A stretch of 64,000 bases of DNA from an uncultured Clostridia bacterium (GCA_937876375.1 CALEHY010000019.1:3858-67857); one strand, 5' to 3'; counted from the first letter of the stretch, positions 19,319 to 29,426 are shown. Translations and numbers: made by a program. Notes: generated by a model from the sequence alone, not told the origin.

Positions 19319-21493
19319 TTATTTTGTTGTGGCTGTCTTGTAGCCTGACCAAGCAGAGTAATATTTCTTGCCATCAACTGTCTTGTATGTTCTGACACGA
19401 ATGTAATACTTTTTCTTTGCAGAAAGATTTGTCATAGTCTTTGAGGTTGTTGTGTTCTTTGATGAAATATAAGACTTAACACCCTTTGTGAATGACTTAT
19501 TTGTAGCAATCTGCACCTGGTAGCCAGTGGTCTGACTTGACTGCTTCTTCCAAGTGATAGCGAGTGCCTTTTTCTTTGGTGTTGCTTTTGAAACAGTTGT
19601 GCTCTTTGGTACGATAGTGAAAGTCTTTGTAACAGTGCCAGAATAATTACCCTTGAATGTTACCTTTACACTAGCCTTGCCAACCTTGGTATTGTTTGAA
19701 TGCTTAACAGTATAGTTGCTTGATGAAATCTTGTTGCCCTTCTTGTCAGTCACTGTAACAGATGGAGTCTTTGCAGAGCCACTGTACACATAGCTTGTCT
19801 TTGACAGCTTAACTGTGCTGATACGACTAATATCTGTCCTTGCTCTAACAGAGCCACAGATAAAGCAGATATTCTCTCTCTTGCCATTAGCCTTTGTTGT
19901 GGCAGGTGTAACAACTTTCTTGTATGGATGATAGCTCTTGCCATTTGCTACAGCGTAATGATATAGCTCATTGATACCTAGTAGTCCATCCTTTGTAGCG
20001 ATAACGTTCTTTGTTTTCTTGCCATTGATAGTTGTTAGCATTACGCCCTTTGTGCTACTCTGGAAATTATTAACTAGACACATATACATTTTTAGTGCGT
20101 TAGTATACTGACCATCAGAGATATATGCCATCAGAGCAAGCGCTGTTGAATCAGCGTTCTCATCTGGATACTCCTTGCTGTAGCCAGCACCATTTGTGGT
20201 AATATATGTGTTCATAACAGAAAGAGCATCATCAACATATTTATCAAATTGGCTAGGAGCAGTAGCCATAGCTACGATGAACATTGCAGTATTATCACAA
20301 GAATAACCCCAGTAGTTCATACCCTTGCCAAGTGTGTAATAATTCTTAACAAAGCTATCACAAATAGCTGTCTTAAACTTATCTCTTGCATTATCAATAG
20401 CGAAACGATAGTTGTATGGATTAGACACCTTGTCTACTGGCACATTCTCCATAATCTCGTATAGATTGTAGCCATAGAAATCACTAGCGTCGTTAACACT
20501 ATTTGCTAGACCGATGAGTGCACCATAGGCAGCCAAATCCTCATCAACATTGCCATAGTAATCTACAGCATACATTAGCTTGCCATCGTTAGTGTCCATA
20601 TTCTCCTTTGCCTGTAGCAAAACACTCTCTATCTCGTCAGCATAATCCTCTGGGTTAGCATCAAACAGGATAGCATAGTTCAAAAGATTGGATAAGCTGT
20701 CGCCACCATAGGTTGTACCATTAGCGATGAGATAATCCGTAGCATTCTTAATCTGCACACCCATATAGTCAGCAAAATGATTAGTCACAGTTACCTCACA
20801 ATAAGGTATCATCAAGTTGTCCTTTTTTGCTGTGATGATATGCTTGCCACAGGAATTAAATGTAATAGCAATAAGACCATTCGCATTAGTAGTACCATAC
20901 TCGACACCATCAACAAAGACTGTTGCGTCCTCAACCATCATACCAGAAACGAAATCCCAGTTGCTATCATATCCATCGTTGTAAAGAGTGAATGACACAG
21001 ACTCATTAATCTCTGTATCAACGCTACGAGTGTTAAAATATGCATAGTTATCACTATATAGCATAGTAAACTCGACATAATCACCATCAGCTAGCTCCTC
21101 TGTTATGCTCCAAGCAGCAGAGCCATTGTGATAATAGCTACACATACTACCATCGTCACCAAAGCAGATTAGAATCCAGCCCTTGTCGCTAACAGAAAAA
21201 TATGTCTGTGGGTCTAGGGCAAAATCCTCTTCGCCAAAGGTTTCAATCTGCATAGCAATAATAGCATCAAGGATAGTAGGCTCCTCGCTATCGTCAGTGT
21301 AGCCTACATCATAAGTCTTGTCCAAATCTGCTGACACATCCACTGTAACAGGATCAAACAAATTGTCACCACAGTAAACAGCAGACAGGAACACATTTGC
21401 GCACTTGCTCTCCTCGGCAAGTGCTGTGCTAGAAATCGCAAATGATGACACAACAAGTGCTAATGAAAGCATAATTGAAATAAGCTTTTTCAT
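19319..21493 (-). CDS. Secreted putative cobalamin-binding surface protein (DUF4430-like domain, helical barrel, C-terminal Lys-rich Ig/FN3 module)
   Basis: Signal peptide; PTILDAI...YYHNG...LADGDYVEF; DNTAMFIVAM/NADSTALALMA helical repeats; FN3 tail KKYYIRVRTYK...YSAWS; downstream of a B12 riboswitch. Confidence 0.65.
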   Translation of the reverse strand: MKKLISIMLSLALVVSSFAISSTALAEESKCANVFLSAVYCGDNLFDPVTVDVSADLDKTYDVGYTDDSEEPTILDAIIAMQIETFGEEDFALDPQTYFSVSDKGWILICFGDDGSMCSYYHNGSAAWSITEELADGDYVEFTMLYSDNYAYFNTRSVDTEINESVSFTLYNDGYDSNWDFVSGMMVEDATVFVDGVEYGTTNANGLIAITFNSCGKHIITAKKDNLMIPYCEVTVTNHFADYMGVQIKNATDYLIANGTTYGGDSLSNLLNYAILFDANPEDYADEIESVLLQAKENMDTNDGKLMYAVDYYGNVDEDLAAYGALIGLANSVNDASDFYGYNLYEIMENVPVDKVSNPYNYRFAIDNARDKFKTAICDSFVKNYYTLGKGMNYWGYSCDNTAMFIVAMATAPSQFDKYVDDALSVMNTYITTNGAGYSKEYPDENADSTALALMAYISDGQYTNALKMYMCLVNNFQSSTKGVMLTTINGKKTKNVIATKDGLLGINELYHYAVANGKSYHPYKKVVTPATTKANGKRENICFICGSVRARTDISRISTVKLSKTSYVYSGSAKTPSVTVTDKKGNKISSSNYTVKHSNNTKVGKASVKVTFKGNYSGTVTKTFTIVPKSTTVSKATPKKKALAITWKKQSSQTTGYQVQIATNKSFTKGVKSYISSKNTTTSKTMTNLSAKKKYYIRVRTYKTVDGKKYYSAWSGYKTATTK

Positions 21494-21508
21494 AAAAAAT
21501 CCTCCAAT

Positions 21509-21535
21509 AAAAAAAGTCCTCCATGGGTAGAGGAC
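21509..21535 (-). terminator. Leader terminator (riboswitch expression platform)
   Basis: GTCCTC...GAGGAC hairpin followed by a U7 run on -, just before the GGAGG RBS. Confidence 0.7.
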
Positions 21536-21599
21536 GCAATAATACCATATTATATATGTATGCTAATCCATTGCTCTCCACTGCCCAAAAGCTAGATTA

Positions 21600-21742
21600 T
21601 TTGGCATAGCGTCTCCCGACTTATGACAGAGCATGGTGCATATCGGTGCTCCTTCTCAGTTTCCCAATGGATTGCACCGAATTCATCAAATACGGTAATG
21701 GCTGTTGCTCAGGACTCTAACCTGATTCCGTTTTATGCCAAA
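21600..21742 (-). ncRNA. Cobalamin (B12) riboswitch
   Basis: Minus strand: TTGGCATA..GGAATCAGGTTAGAGTCCTGAGCAACAGCCATTACCGTA...CCATTGGGAAACTGAGAAGG...AAGTCGGGAGACGC (B12 box) TATGCCAA closing stem. Confidence 0.92.
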
Positions 21743-21758
21743 ATTTTAAATTTTCCAT

Positions 21759-21787
21759 ATTATACCACAGCGCCAAATATAATTCAA
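21759..21787 (-). promoter_or_regulatory. Sigma-A promoter of the riboswitch leader
   Basis: TTGAAT-17 bp-(TG)TATAAT on the minus strand. Confidence 0.7.
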
Positions 21788-21918
21788 CAACAAAAAAATA
21801 ATAGACAACCAAAAAAATAATTATAAATTTTTATAAAATATCTATACATTTTATATATTTTTGTTGCAAATTCAAACACTTTATGCTAATATTAGGATAA
21901 ATTTAGGGGGTTAAGATT

Positions 21919-22449
21919 ATGGACAAAAGAATCATAAAGACTAGATCTGCAGTTTTTCACGCAGTTTTTGACCTATCTACAGAAAAGCCACTAGACAAAA
22001 TTACAGTGCTCGAGCTATGCGAAAAGGCTGGCATCAACAAGAGCACATTCTACCTACACTACACTAGCATTGACGATTGCTTCAAAAAATGTTTCGAAAT
22101 GTTCAGCGATGGTGTAATCCGTATTTCTGACAATATCAGCTATCTCGACGTTGCATATCACCCAGAGGAGACTATCGATATGATACTCGACACTGTTGAG
22201 CAATATATCGATTTCATCTCTAACTACAAGAACAGCGTTATCTACGACAGCTCTACCAGAATGCTAAAGGAGAAGTTTGTTGCTGCTATCTGCAAGACAA
22301 ACAACCTTAATATCGAGGACAACTATCATCAGGTTGCGAAGGTAACATTCCTAGTAGGTGGATGCCTAGATGCCATCACCCAGATGCTACCTAACTACAA
22401 TCGTGCAGAGCTACGAGCGCTAATGATTGACGTAATGAAGAGAAAATAA
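21919..22449 (+). CDS. TetR/AcrR-family regulator
   Basis: MDKRIIKTR...ITVLELCEKAGINKSTFYLHY HTH. Confidence 0.93.
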   Translation: MDKRIIKTRSAVFHAVFDLSTEKPLDKITVLELCEKAGINKSTFYLHYTSIDDCFKKCFEMFSDGVIRISDNISYLDVAYHPEETIDMILDTVEQYIDFISNYKNSVIYDSSTRMLKEKFVAAICKTNNLNIEDNYHQVAKVTFLVGGCLDAITQMLPNYNRAELRALMIDVMKRK

Positions 22450-22464
22450 TATATAAAAGAATTA

Positions 22465-22499
22465 AGGGATTGTATCGTGTGATACAATCCCTCTTTTTT
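22465..22499. terminator. Terminator between convergent genes
   Basis: AGGGATTGTATC-GTGT-GATACAATCCCT plus T-run. Confidence 0.85.
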
Positions 22500-24003
22500 A
22501 TTCGTCCTCGAATTCTATTCCGTTAAAATTAGCCTCGATAGTCGCAATATCCGTATCTGTGCCATAGGTGTCACCCTTTGTATACGAATATTTGCCATAT
22601 TTTCCGTATCGACCATATCGACGATATGAGTACTTGCCATAATTTTCGGACTCAATACCCTTCGTGATACGATTAAGCACACAGCCAAGCACCTCTGCAT
22701 TAACATTGTCGAACATTTGCAAACCTTGGTTAATGCTCCTACGAGAGCAGATATCCTGTGCCACTACATACACTGCTGCATCAGCATAATCACTAATAAC
22801 AGATGCATCAGCAAGATATCCAATAGGTGGTGAATCGATAATGATGAACTCAAAATATTCGCTAAGCTCCTGAATAAACTTCTTCGCATTCTCATCACCA
22901 ACAAGCTCTGAGGCGTCAGCATTGTTATTTCGCTCAACAGCGATATAAAAATTATCAGTGCTGGTCTTGTACACACAGGTCTTGATATCAGCATTGCCAC
23001 GAATGTAATCGGACACATTCTTGATTTCATTATCTATATCCATATACTCTGCGATACTAGGTACACGCAAGTCAAAATCAACCAAACAAGTCCTATATCC
23101 CTTTAGAGCAATAGATTTTGCAAGATTAAGAGCGATAATCGACTTGCCCTCGCCAGAGATTGTGCTAGTAACAACTACGGACTTGTAGCCCTTGTCCTTG
23201 CATTTTCTGATGACAGAATTTCGGATAGTGAATATACCCTCTCTAAATTTGTAGCTGATATTGATATCCTGTACGTCTGGGATAATATCGGTCTTGTCCT
23301 TGCTCCTCTTTTTGTTATGGAGCTCTGCAACAGAGCCAAGACAGATAGTGTTGAAATAATTGCTGATATCATCACCACGAATAACAGTGTTAGTAATCAG
23401 CGACAGCAAAAAGATGAGCGCAAATGCACCAACGCCACCAGCTAATGCACCCAAAATCGCCTTTTTCGTATAATTAGGGATATTAGTTGGCATAGTCGAC
23501 ACAGTTGAGGTGTCAATTAGACTAAGCTGTGTCGAGCCGATAACGAATTTTGCAACCTTTGGATAGTTAGTGATAACGCTTTGCAAAACGTCGTAGGCAT
23601 TTTGAGGATTTGAGCTAGTTACATTGATAGTAAAAAGATTTGTATCCTCAAGTGCAGATGCAGAAATATTAGCATTCACCTTGTCAACACCAAGGTCATT
23701 TGCGATAACCTTGTTGAGTGATGACGAGGTCAATATACTAGGAAATGTTGATGCAAGCTGCTGTGCAGTAGCCTTGTTATATGTCTGTGATGACGACTCC
23801 CTAACATCAACATTTACAGTAAATGTCGCACTGGCACTGTATGATGGAACAAAACGAAAATATGTCACAAAGGACAACCCAGCAGAGCCGATAACAGCAA
23901 AAATAAGTATCAGTATCCACAAGCGCTTGAACCATTCGATAAAATGATACAGTATGTTCTCAATGAAATATGCAGAAGCGTTGTTCTTGCTAGTATTTTC
24001 CAT
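22498..24003 (-). CDS. Wzc/CpsCD-type fused polysaccharide co-polymerase and tyrosine (BY) kinase, copy 2
   Basis: Two TM segments flanking a Wzz-like loop; Walker A SGEGKS, A' DFDLR, B IIIDSPP; Tyr cluster YGRYGKYGKY. Confidence 0.92.
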   Translation of the reverse strand: MENTSKNNASAYFIENILYHFIEWFKRLWILILIFAVIGSAGLSFVTYFRFVPSYSASATFTVNVDVRESSSQTYNKATAQQLASTFPSILTSSSLNKVIANDLGVDKVNANISASALEDTNLFTINVTSSNPQNAYDVLQSVITNYPKVAKFVIGSTQLSLIDTSTVSTMPTNIPNYTKKAILGALAGGVGAFALIFLLSLITNTVIRGDDISNYFNTICLGSVAELHNKKRSKDKTDIIPDVQDINISYKFREGIFTIRNSVIRKCKDKGYKSVVVTSTISGEGKSIIALNLAKSIALKGYRTCLVDFDLRVPSIAEYMDIDNEIKNVSDYIRGNADIKTCVYKTSTDNFYIAVERNNNADASELVGDENAKKFIQELSEYFEFIIIDSPPIGYLADASVISDYADAAVYVVAQDICSRRSINQGLQMFDNVNAEVLGCVLNRITKGIESENYGKYSYRRYGRYGKYGKYSYTKGDTYGTDTDIATIEANFNGIEFEDE

Positions 24004-25520
24004 TATCCTTCCTCCTTTTTAGAGGCTGAAGAATGGCGACCTAAACGAGAATACTTGCCATACCTACCATATTTGCCATAGCGACCATACTTGCCGTATG
24101 AATATCTAGAATATCTGCCATACCTGCCATATCCACCATAAGCATAGCCATATGATGACGAGCTAGATGATGAGCCAACACTGTTGTTGAGCACAGCACC
24201 GACCAAAGGCACATTAGTTCTTGTAAGCACGTCGATGCTATCGTTAATCATTATTGTCTTGACCTCATCCTCTTTTACAACGATGAGGCTAGCGTCAGAT
24301 GCCATAATAACGTCGTCGATATCAGACACAAGCGCAATAGGTGGAGTGTCAACGATGATGAAATCATATTTTGTCTTCAAATGCTCGATAATATGTGACA
24401 GCTTTGAACGATGAAGAGCACGATTGATATTGCCAACACTGTGGCTAGATAGTAGCATATCAAGATTGTTCTTCTTGTTATGGATAATATAATCCTCTAT
24501 CTTGAGCTCATCTGTGCTCATAAGATATGATGATAGCTCCTTGTCCTCGTCAATCTCCTGCTCAAAAATTCTATATACAGCTGGTCGACGAAGGTCAAAA
24601 TCAATAATAAGCACCTTGAAATGCTGACGAGCTAGCACGATAGCAAGGTTTGCTGCGACAGTGGTCTTGCCCTCATTCTCCAGTGCAGATGCAACAGCGA
24701 AGCACTTATATCCCTTGTGTCGTTGCTCACGCTCTAGCTTTGAACGAAGCTTGTTGTACGATTCCTCAAATGCAAAGCTGCTTGTCACGTCTGATACTAA
24801 CAGACCTGCTCTCTTTCTTCTCTTTTCGTGTGGGATAGTGCCATAAAGCTTTGTATCTAGCTTTTCCTCTAGCTGATGCTCGTTCTTAACAGTGTCCTTT
24901 AGGAATGACAAGACGATGATACCAGCAAGCGACAGCACTGCACCTATCAGTGCACCCATTATTCCACCCCTAAATGCACCAGGGGTATTGTTTGGTCTTG
25001 TTGGAACAGATGGAGCGTCAAAAACGTCCATAACAGCGTTACCCATAACCTCCTTCGAGAAGGTAGGATAATTCCTAATTACCGAGCAGAGTATATCATA
25101 GCTCTCCCTTGGGCTAGTCGCTGTAACGCTGAGCACCAAAAGGTTAGTATCTGGCACGATATCAGCTGTGATAGTAGCGTCAAGAACATTTAGTCCTAGC
25201 TCCTTGCGAACACTATCTTGCAAAGCAGATGAGTCGAGTATCATCTTGAACACCTGATTTAGCTGAACAGCTGTGTTAAGATTTGAATACGCATCATACG
25301 AGCCATCACGAGTAGATACCAGAAATGTGGTGTTGCTAGTGTACTGTGGCTTGTAGGTCTCACATTTCATAATGTAAAATCCACTGCCGAACACAACAAT
25401 AGCCAGTGCAATCAGCACAATATTTCTTAATATATCTCTTATGATACTCTTGATACTGATATCATCAAGGTTAAAATCAGTAGTTTTTGTCGATTTTGTA
25501 GACTTAATTTTTTCTGCCAT
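24003..25520 (-). CDS. Wzc/CpsCD-type fused polysaccharide co-polymerase and tyrosine (BY) kinase, copy 1
   Basis: Walker A ENEGKT, A' DFDLR, B IIVDTPP; long (YG[RK])n tail; stop/start overlap with neighbours. Confidence 0.92.
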   Translation of the reverse strand: MAEKIKSTKSTKTTDFNLDDISIKSIIRDILRNIVLIALAIVVFGSGFYIMKCETYKPQYTSNTTFLVSTRDGSYDAYSNLNTAVQLNQVFKMILDSSALQDSVRKELGLNVLDATITADIVPDTNLLVLSVTATSPRESYDILCSVIRNYPTFSKEVMGNAVMDVFDAPSVPTRPNNTPGAFRGGIMGALIGAVLSLAGIIVLSFLKDTVKNEHQLEEKLDTKLYGTIPHEKRRKRAGLLVSDVTSSFAFEESYNKLRSKLEREQRHKGYKCFAVASALENEGKTTVAANLAIVLARQHFKVLIIDFDLRRPAVYRIFEQEIDEDKELSSYLMSTDELKIEDYIIHNKKNNLDMLLSSHSVGNINRALHRSKLSHIIEHLKTKYDFIIVDTPPIALVSDIDDVIMASDASLIVVKEDEVKTIMINDSIDVLTRTNVPLVGAVLNNSVGSSSSSSSYGYAYGGYGRYGRYSRYSYGKYGRYGKYGRYGKYSRLGRHSSASKKEEG

Positions 25521-26143
25521 TATTGCACCTCCTCACCAGTTACGGTAACAACAATGTCCCTAGTGCTGACATCACCAGATGAGTTTGTTACACTCAATTT
25601 TACAGAATATTTGCCTGGAACACCATACTTAACGTCGTTAATCTCCAGTCTAACCTGCTCGCTAATATCGCCATCAATGGCGTCAATAGCGCTAATCTTT
25701 GCCAAAATCTCATTAGTTGAGCCCATGCTAACACTAATATCCCTTGCACACTGTATCTCTGGTGATTTGTAATCAGTGTAGGTGATATCTCTTTCAATCT
25801 TTGTCACATTATTGCTGCTATCGAACGCAACATATGTGATAGTACGCTTGTTGCCATCGATAATTTGGGATATGCTCTCGATAATAACCGAGTCAGTAAC
25901 ATTGCCATCCTCTTTGTCGATAGCTACGACGTCCTTTAGGAAATCATCCTCTGTCGCCTTTACAGAGAATTCGTTGCTGTCAGCCTCGATAGTGATAACC
26001 GGTGCTGCATTCATGCTCTCAATATGACGGTGCACCCAGTAATATCCAATGCCTACAATCACTAGTGCAATTATCACAAGCTCGATGATAACGAGCCTTG
26101 GTATTCTCAATTTGTTCTTTGCCTTTTTCATCATTTTCTCCAA
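25520..26143 (-). CDS. Membrane-anchored Ig-like (DUF5011-like) protein
   Basis: N-terminal TM; APVI...VVAIDKEDGNVTDSV...ITY...DSSNN and AIDAIDGDIS..PGKYSV repeats. Confidence 0.8.
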   Translation of the reverse strand: MEKMMKKAKNKLRIPRLVIIELVIIALVIVGIGYYWVHRHIESMNAAPVITIEADSNEFSVKATEDDFLKDVVAIDKEDGNVTDSVIIESISQIIDGNKRTITYVAFDSSNNVTKIERDITYTDYKSPEIQCARDISVSMGSTNEILAKISAIDAIDGDISEQVRLEINDVKYGVPGKYSVKLSVTNSSGDVSTRDIVVTVTGEEVQ

Positions 26144-26145
26144 AA

Positions 26146-26886
26146 TTATAGTATAGGTCTGCTAATAACTAGCTTCTTATCCTCAATAACACAGCCAGGA
26201 TTGATATCAAACAGCTTTGTTGCCGTCTTGTCACCAAAGTTCTCCCTAACTATATCAAACGCAAGCTCCATATCAGTGTTTCTGCCACTTGGCGAATGAG
26301 CATCGCTAGCAACAAACTGTGCAAGTCGATGATTTATCAGCTCAAACGCTGTGTCCCTAGCACCAATACCAAAATCACCAATCAATGACCCCTTGTTAAT
26401 CTGTAGCAGTGCGCCACAATTCATGATATCCAGCCCAGAATTAATACGAGATTTGACACAATCATATCTCTCTGGATGGGCAACTATCGGCACATAGCCA
26501 AGAGCACTGAGTCGTTTCAGCTTGTCAATCATATAGCCAAGACTAGCGTAAAAATCGAACTCTACTAGCAAAAATCGTGAGCCGTTGATAGTAGGTAGCA
26601 GCCTCTGCTGTGCGAGTGTAACAGCCTCATCGTTGCAGAATATTTCACCACCAAGGTAGACATTGATGCCAATCTTTGTCCTGTCAATCTTTTGAACAAA
26701 GGCATCAAAGACCATCTTCATCTCCTCTCTCAAATTCTTGCTATCTTCATAAAGATTTGAATGAGGAGTGAGAACAATGGCGCTAGTGCCAGAATATTCT
26801 GCCATCTTCAGTAGCTCCATAGCACTATCAGTACTATTAGCTCCGTCGTCAACATATGGCAAAATATGGCTATGGATATCGACCAT
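26146..26886 (-). CDS. CpsB/CapC-type PHP protein-tyrosine phosphatase
   Basis: MVDIHSHILP.VDDG, LTPH, AHPERY, ASDAH; GGAGG RBS at ~26892 sets the true start (ORF-track extension is spurious). Confidence 0.93.
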   Translation of the reverse strand: MVDIHSHILPYVDDGANSTDSAMELLKMAEYSGTSAIVLTPHSNLYEDSKNLREEMKMVFDAFVQKIDRTKIGINVYLGGEIFCNDEAVTLAQQRLLPTINGSRFLLVEFDFYASLGYMIDKLKRLSALGYVPIVAHPERYDCVKSRINSGLDIMNCGALLQINKGSLIGDFGIGARDTAFELINHRLAQFVASDAHSPSGRNTDMELAFDIVRENFGDKTATKLFDINPGCVIEDKKLVISRPIL

Positions 26887-27022
26887 AGTAATCCTCCAAA
26901 ACATTTCTTTTGCGCATATAATAACATTTTTGTATATAAAAAGCAATATTATTATATTTAATATAATGTTAAAAGGGATTGCGACAATATAGCAAATGCT
27001 GTATAATACCCTTGGTGATAAT

Positions 27023-27868
27023 ATGAAAAGCATACAAAAAATTGCAACTATAATGATATGCCTACTATGTGCTGGAGCACTGGTGTATTTCATCTTTTTC
27101 TTCGGTGGAGCAAAGAATGACAACAACGAGCTGACCACCATAGCACAGAAAGAGTACGAAATAACATTTGCTACCGACACATTAGAATATAACAAAAAGA
27201 CTAGCTTTATGGACGGAGTGACAGCAACGGACGAGAACGGTGTCGACCTTATCGACGAGGTCACTGTATCGTGCAAGCCAACGAACAATATCTCCGTTAA
27301 GGAGCTGACATATTCCGTCAACAAGGCTGGATATGTCATCAAATCCTACACCAGACGACTGGTGATAAACGGTGACTACACTGGTCCAACGATTACTGTC
27401 GCTGATGAGGATATCGAGATACCACTCAACGAGGTGAACAACCTGTCATCCTTTATCAGCAGGTCCAGCGCTATCGACACCGACGACGGATTTGGTCGCA
27501 AATGCTCGATAACAGCAGTGTTCAATGCACAGGTCACCGACCTTGGCGATTATGTAATCACCATCACAGCAGAAAATATGTTCGGCGATACAAAATCGGT
27601 CAAGACTAGCGTCAGTGTCACCGACCCTAATTCGTCGATAATCAAGCTGACCACCAGTGCTGTGACAATCAGCGTTGGCGACAAGTTCGTGCCAGAGGAA
27701 TATATCAAATCTGCTGTGCACGACGAGATGGGCGATATATCAACTGCTGTCATCTGCACCTCAACAGTGGACACAAAGACACCAGGTCAGTACACCGTGA
27801 CATACTCATTCGGCAATATCGATGAGCTAAAGAACGAAAAAGCAACCCTAACAGTTACGATAAAATAA
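27023..27868 (+). CDS. Membrane-anchored multi-Ig-like protein divergent from the kinase operon
   Basis: N-terminal TM; FMDGVTATDENG, GDYVITITAEN.FG, VDTKTPGQYTVTY. Confidence 0.75.
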   Translation: MKSIQKIATIMICLLCAGALVYFIFFFGGAKNDNNELTTIAQKEYEITFATDTLEYNKKTSFMDGVTATDENGVDLIDEVTVSCKPTNNISVKELTYSVNKAGYVIKSYTRRLVINGDYTGPTITVADEDIEIPLNEVNNLSSFISRSSAIDTDDGFGRKCSITAVFNAQVTDLGDYVITITAENMFGDTKSVKTSVSVTDPNSSIIKLTTSAVTISVGDKFVPEEYIKSAVHDEMGDISTAVICTSTVDTKTPGQYTVTYSFGNIDELKNEKATLTVTIK

Positions 27869-27873
27869 AAAAT

Positions 27874-27907
27874 ATCCCTAGTACCTGCGTACTAGGGATT
27901 TAGTTTT
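27874..27907. terminator. Bidirectional terminator
   Basis: ATCCCTAGTAC-CTGC-GTACTAGGGAT between convergent genes. Confidence 0.8.
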
Positions 27908-29257
27908 TTAATAGATACCCTGTGCCATCATTGCCTCTGCAACCTTTTCAAATCCAGCGATATTAGCACCAGCAACAAGGTTGTAGCCAAGTCCATATCT
28001 CTCTGCAGCCTCGACTGACTGACGATGAATCTCTATCATCGCATTATGTAATCTTGTGTCAACCTCTTCTGCTGTCCAAGACAATCTCTGGCTGTTCTGG
28101 CTCATTTCAAGACCGGATACGCACACGCCACCAGCGTTAACAGCCTTTGATGGAGCAACAACGACACCATCAATGTCCATTAGGTAATTAAGTGCTTCCT
28201 CTGTGGTTGGCATATTAGCAACCTCGATATAGTACTTTGTGCCATTGGCAACGATTTGCTTTGCTTCCTCGATACCAATCTCGTTCTGTGTAGCACAAGG
28301 TAGAGCAACGTCAACCTTGATACCCCAAGGCTTCTGATTAGGGAAGAACTGAACACCAAATTTATCAGCATAATCCTGGCATCTATCTCTGCCAGATGCT
28401 CTCATTTCTAGTAGGTAATCAATCTTTTCGTCAGTGATGATTCCATCTGGGTCATATACAAATCCATCAGGACCAGAGATAGTAACAGCCTTGCCACCAA
28501 GCTGGGCAATTTTCTTGCAAGCACCCCAAGCAACATTACCAAATCCGGATACACCAAAGGTCTTACCCTTGATATCATCGCCCAAATGCTTAAACACCTC
28601 ACAAGTGTAATAGATAGCACCATAGCCAGTAGCCTCTGGTCTAATGAGAGAGCCACCGAATGTGATACCCTTACCAGTAATAACGCCATTCTCAAATGCG
28701 TCAACAATTCTCTTGTACTGACCGAACAGGTAGCCGACCTCTCTAGCACCAACACCGATATCACCAGCTGGCACGTCGACATTTGGTCCGATATGACGAT
28801 AAAGCTCGGTCATAAATGCCTGGCAGAAACGCATAATCTCGCCCTTGCTCTTGCCACGAGGGTCAAAATCAGATCCACCCTTTGCACCACCCATAGGTAG
28901 TCCAGTCAATGAATTCTTAAATGTCTGCTCAAATCCTAGGAAATACATAATTGATGAGTTAACGCTAGGATGAAAACGCAATCCACCCTTGTATGGACCG
29001 ATAGCAGAGTTAAACTGCACACGGTAGCCACGATTAATCTGGGTCTTGCCATCATCATCAACCCAAGCAATACGGAATGTGATAAGTCTATCTGGCTCAA
29101 CCATACGAGATAGCAAATCATCCTCAACATACTCTGGGTGCTCCTCAATAACAGCCTCTAGCGAACGAAACACCTCTTTAACGCACTGAATATATTCAGG
29201 CTTTGCATTATCACGACGCTCTACGGTCTTGATAACATCCTCAATGTACTTATTCAT
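27908..29257 (-). CDS. gdhA: NADP-specific glutamate dehydrogenase
   Basis: GPYKGGLRFHPSVN, LPMGGAKGGSDFDP, DVPAGDIGVG, RPEATGYG, SGFGNVAWG. Confidence 0.97.
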   Translation of the reverse strand: MNKYIEDVIKTVERRDNAKPEYIQCVKEVFRSLEAVIEEHPEYVEDDLLSRMVEPDRLITFRIAWVDDDGKTQINRGYRVQFNSAIGPYKGGLRFHPSVNSSIMYFLGFEQTFKNSLTGLPMGGAKGGSDFDPRGKSKGEIMRFCQAFMTELYRHIGPNVDVPAGDIGVGAREVGYLFGQYKRIVDAFENGVITGKGITFGGSLIRPEATGYGAIYYTCEVFKHLGDDIKGKTFGVSGFGNVAWGACKKIAQLGGKAVTISGPDGFVYDPDGIITDEKIDYLLEMRASGRDRCQDYADKFGVQFFPNQKPWGIKVDVALPCATQNEIGIEEAKQIVANGTKYYIEVANMPTTEEALNYLMDIDGVVVAPSKAVNAGGVCVSGLEMSQNSQRLSWTAEEVDTRLHNAMIEIHRQSVEAAERYGLGYNLVAGANIAGFEKVAEAMMAQGIY

Positions 29258-29300
29258 AATAATCCCCTTTCTGTGTGTATAATTTGCCTTATACACCTTG

Positions 29301-29329
29301 AGAGTAACACTATTTTTGTATCTTGTCAA
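29301..29329 (-). promoter_or_regulatory. Sigma-A promoter of gdhA
   Basis: TTGACA-17 bp-(TG)TACTCT. Confidence 0.55.
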
Positions 29330-29426
29330 CAATGATTTTCAACATTTTAGGGTTGTTTTTGTCAATTTCATACAAAGAATAGTGAAAAGGATAAATTTGG
29401 CTATACTACACTTAGGGGGTATCAAT

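Noticed and set aside
21623..21820. 65-aa ORF upstream of tetR
   Set aside because: It is the antisense of the cobalamin riboswitch and its promoter.
26887..27342. N-terminal extension of the 398-aa ORF 26146..27342
   Set aside because: It overlaps the opposite-strand Ig gene and the promoter region; the real phosphatase starts at 26886 behind GGAGG.
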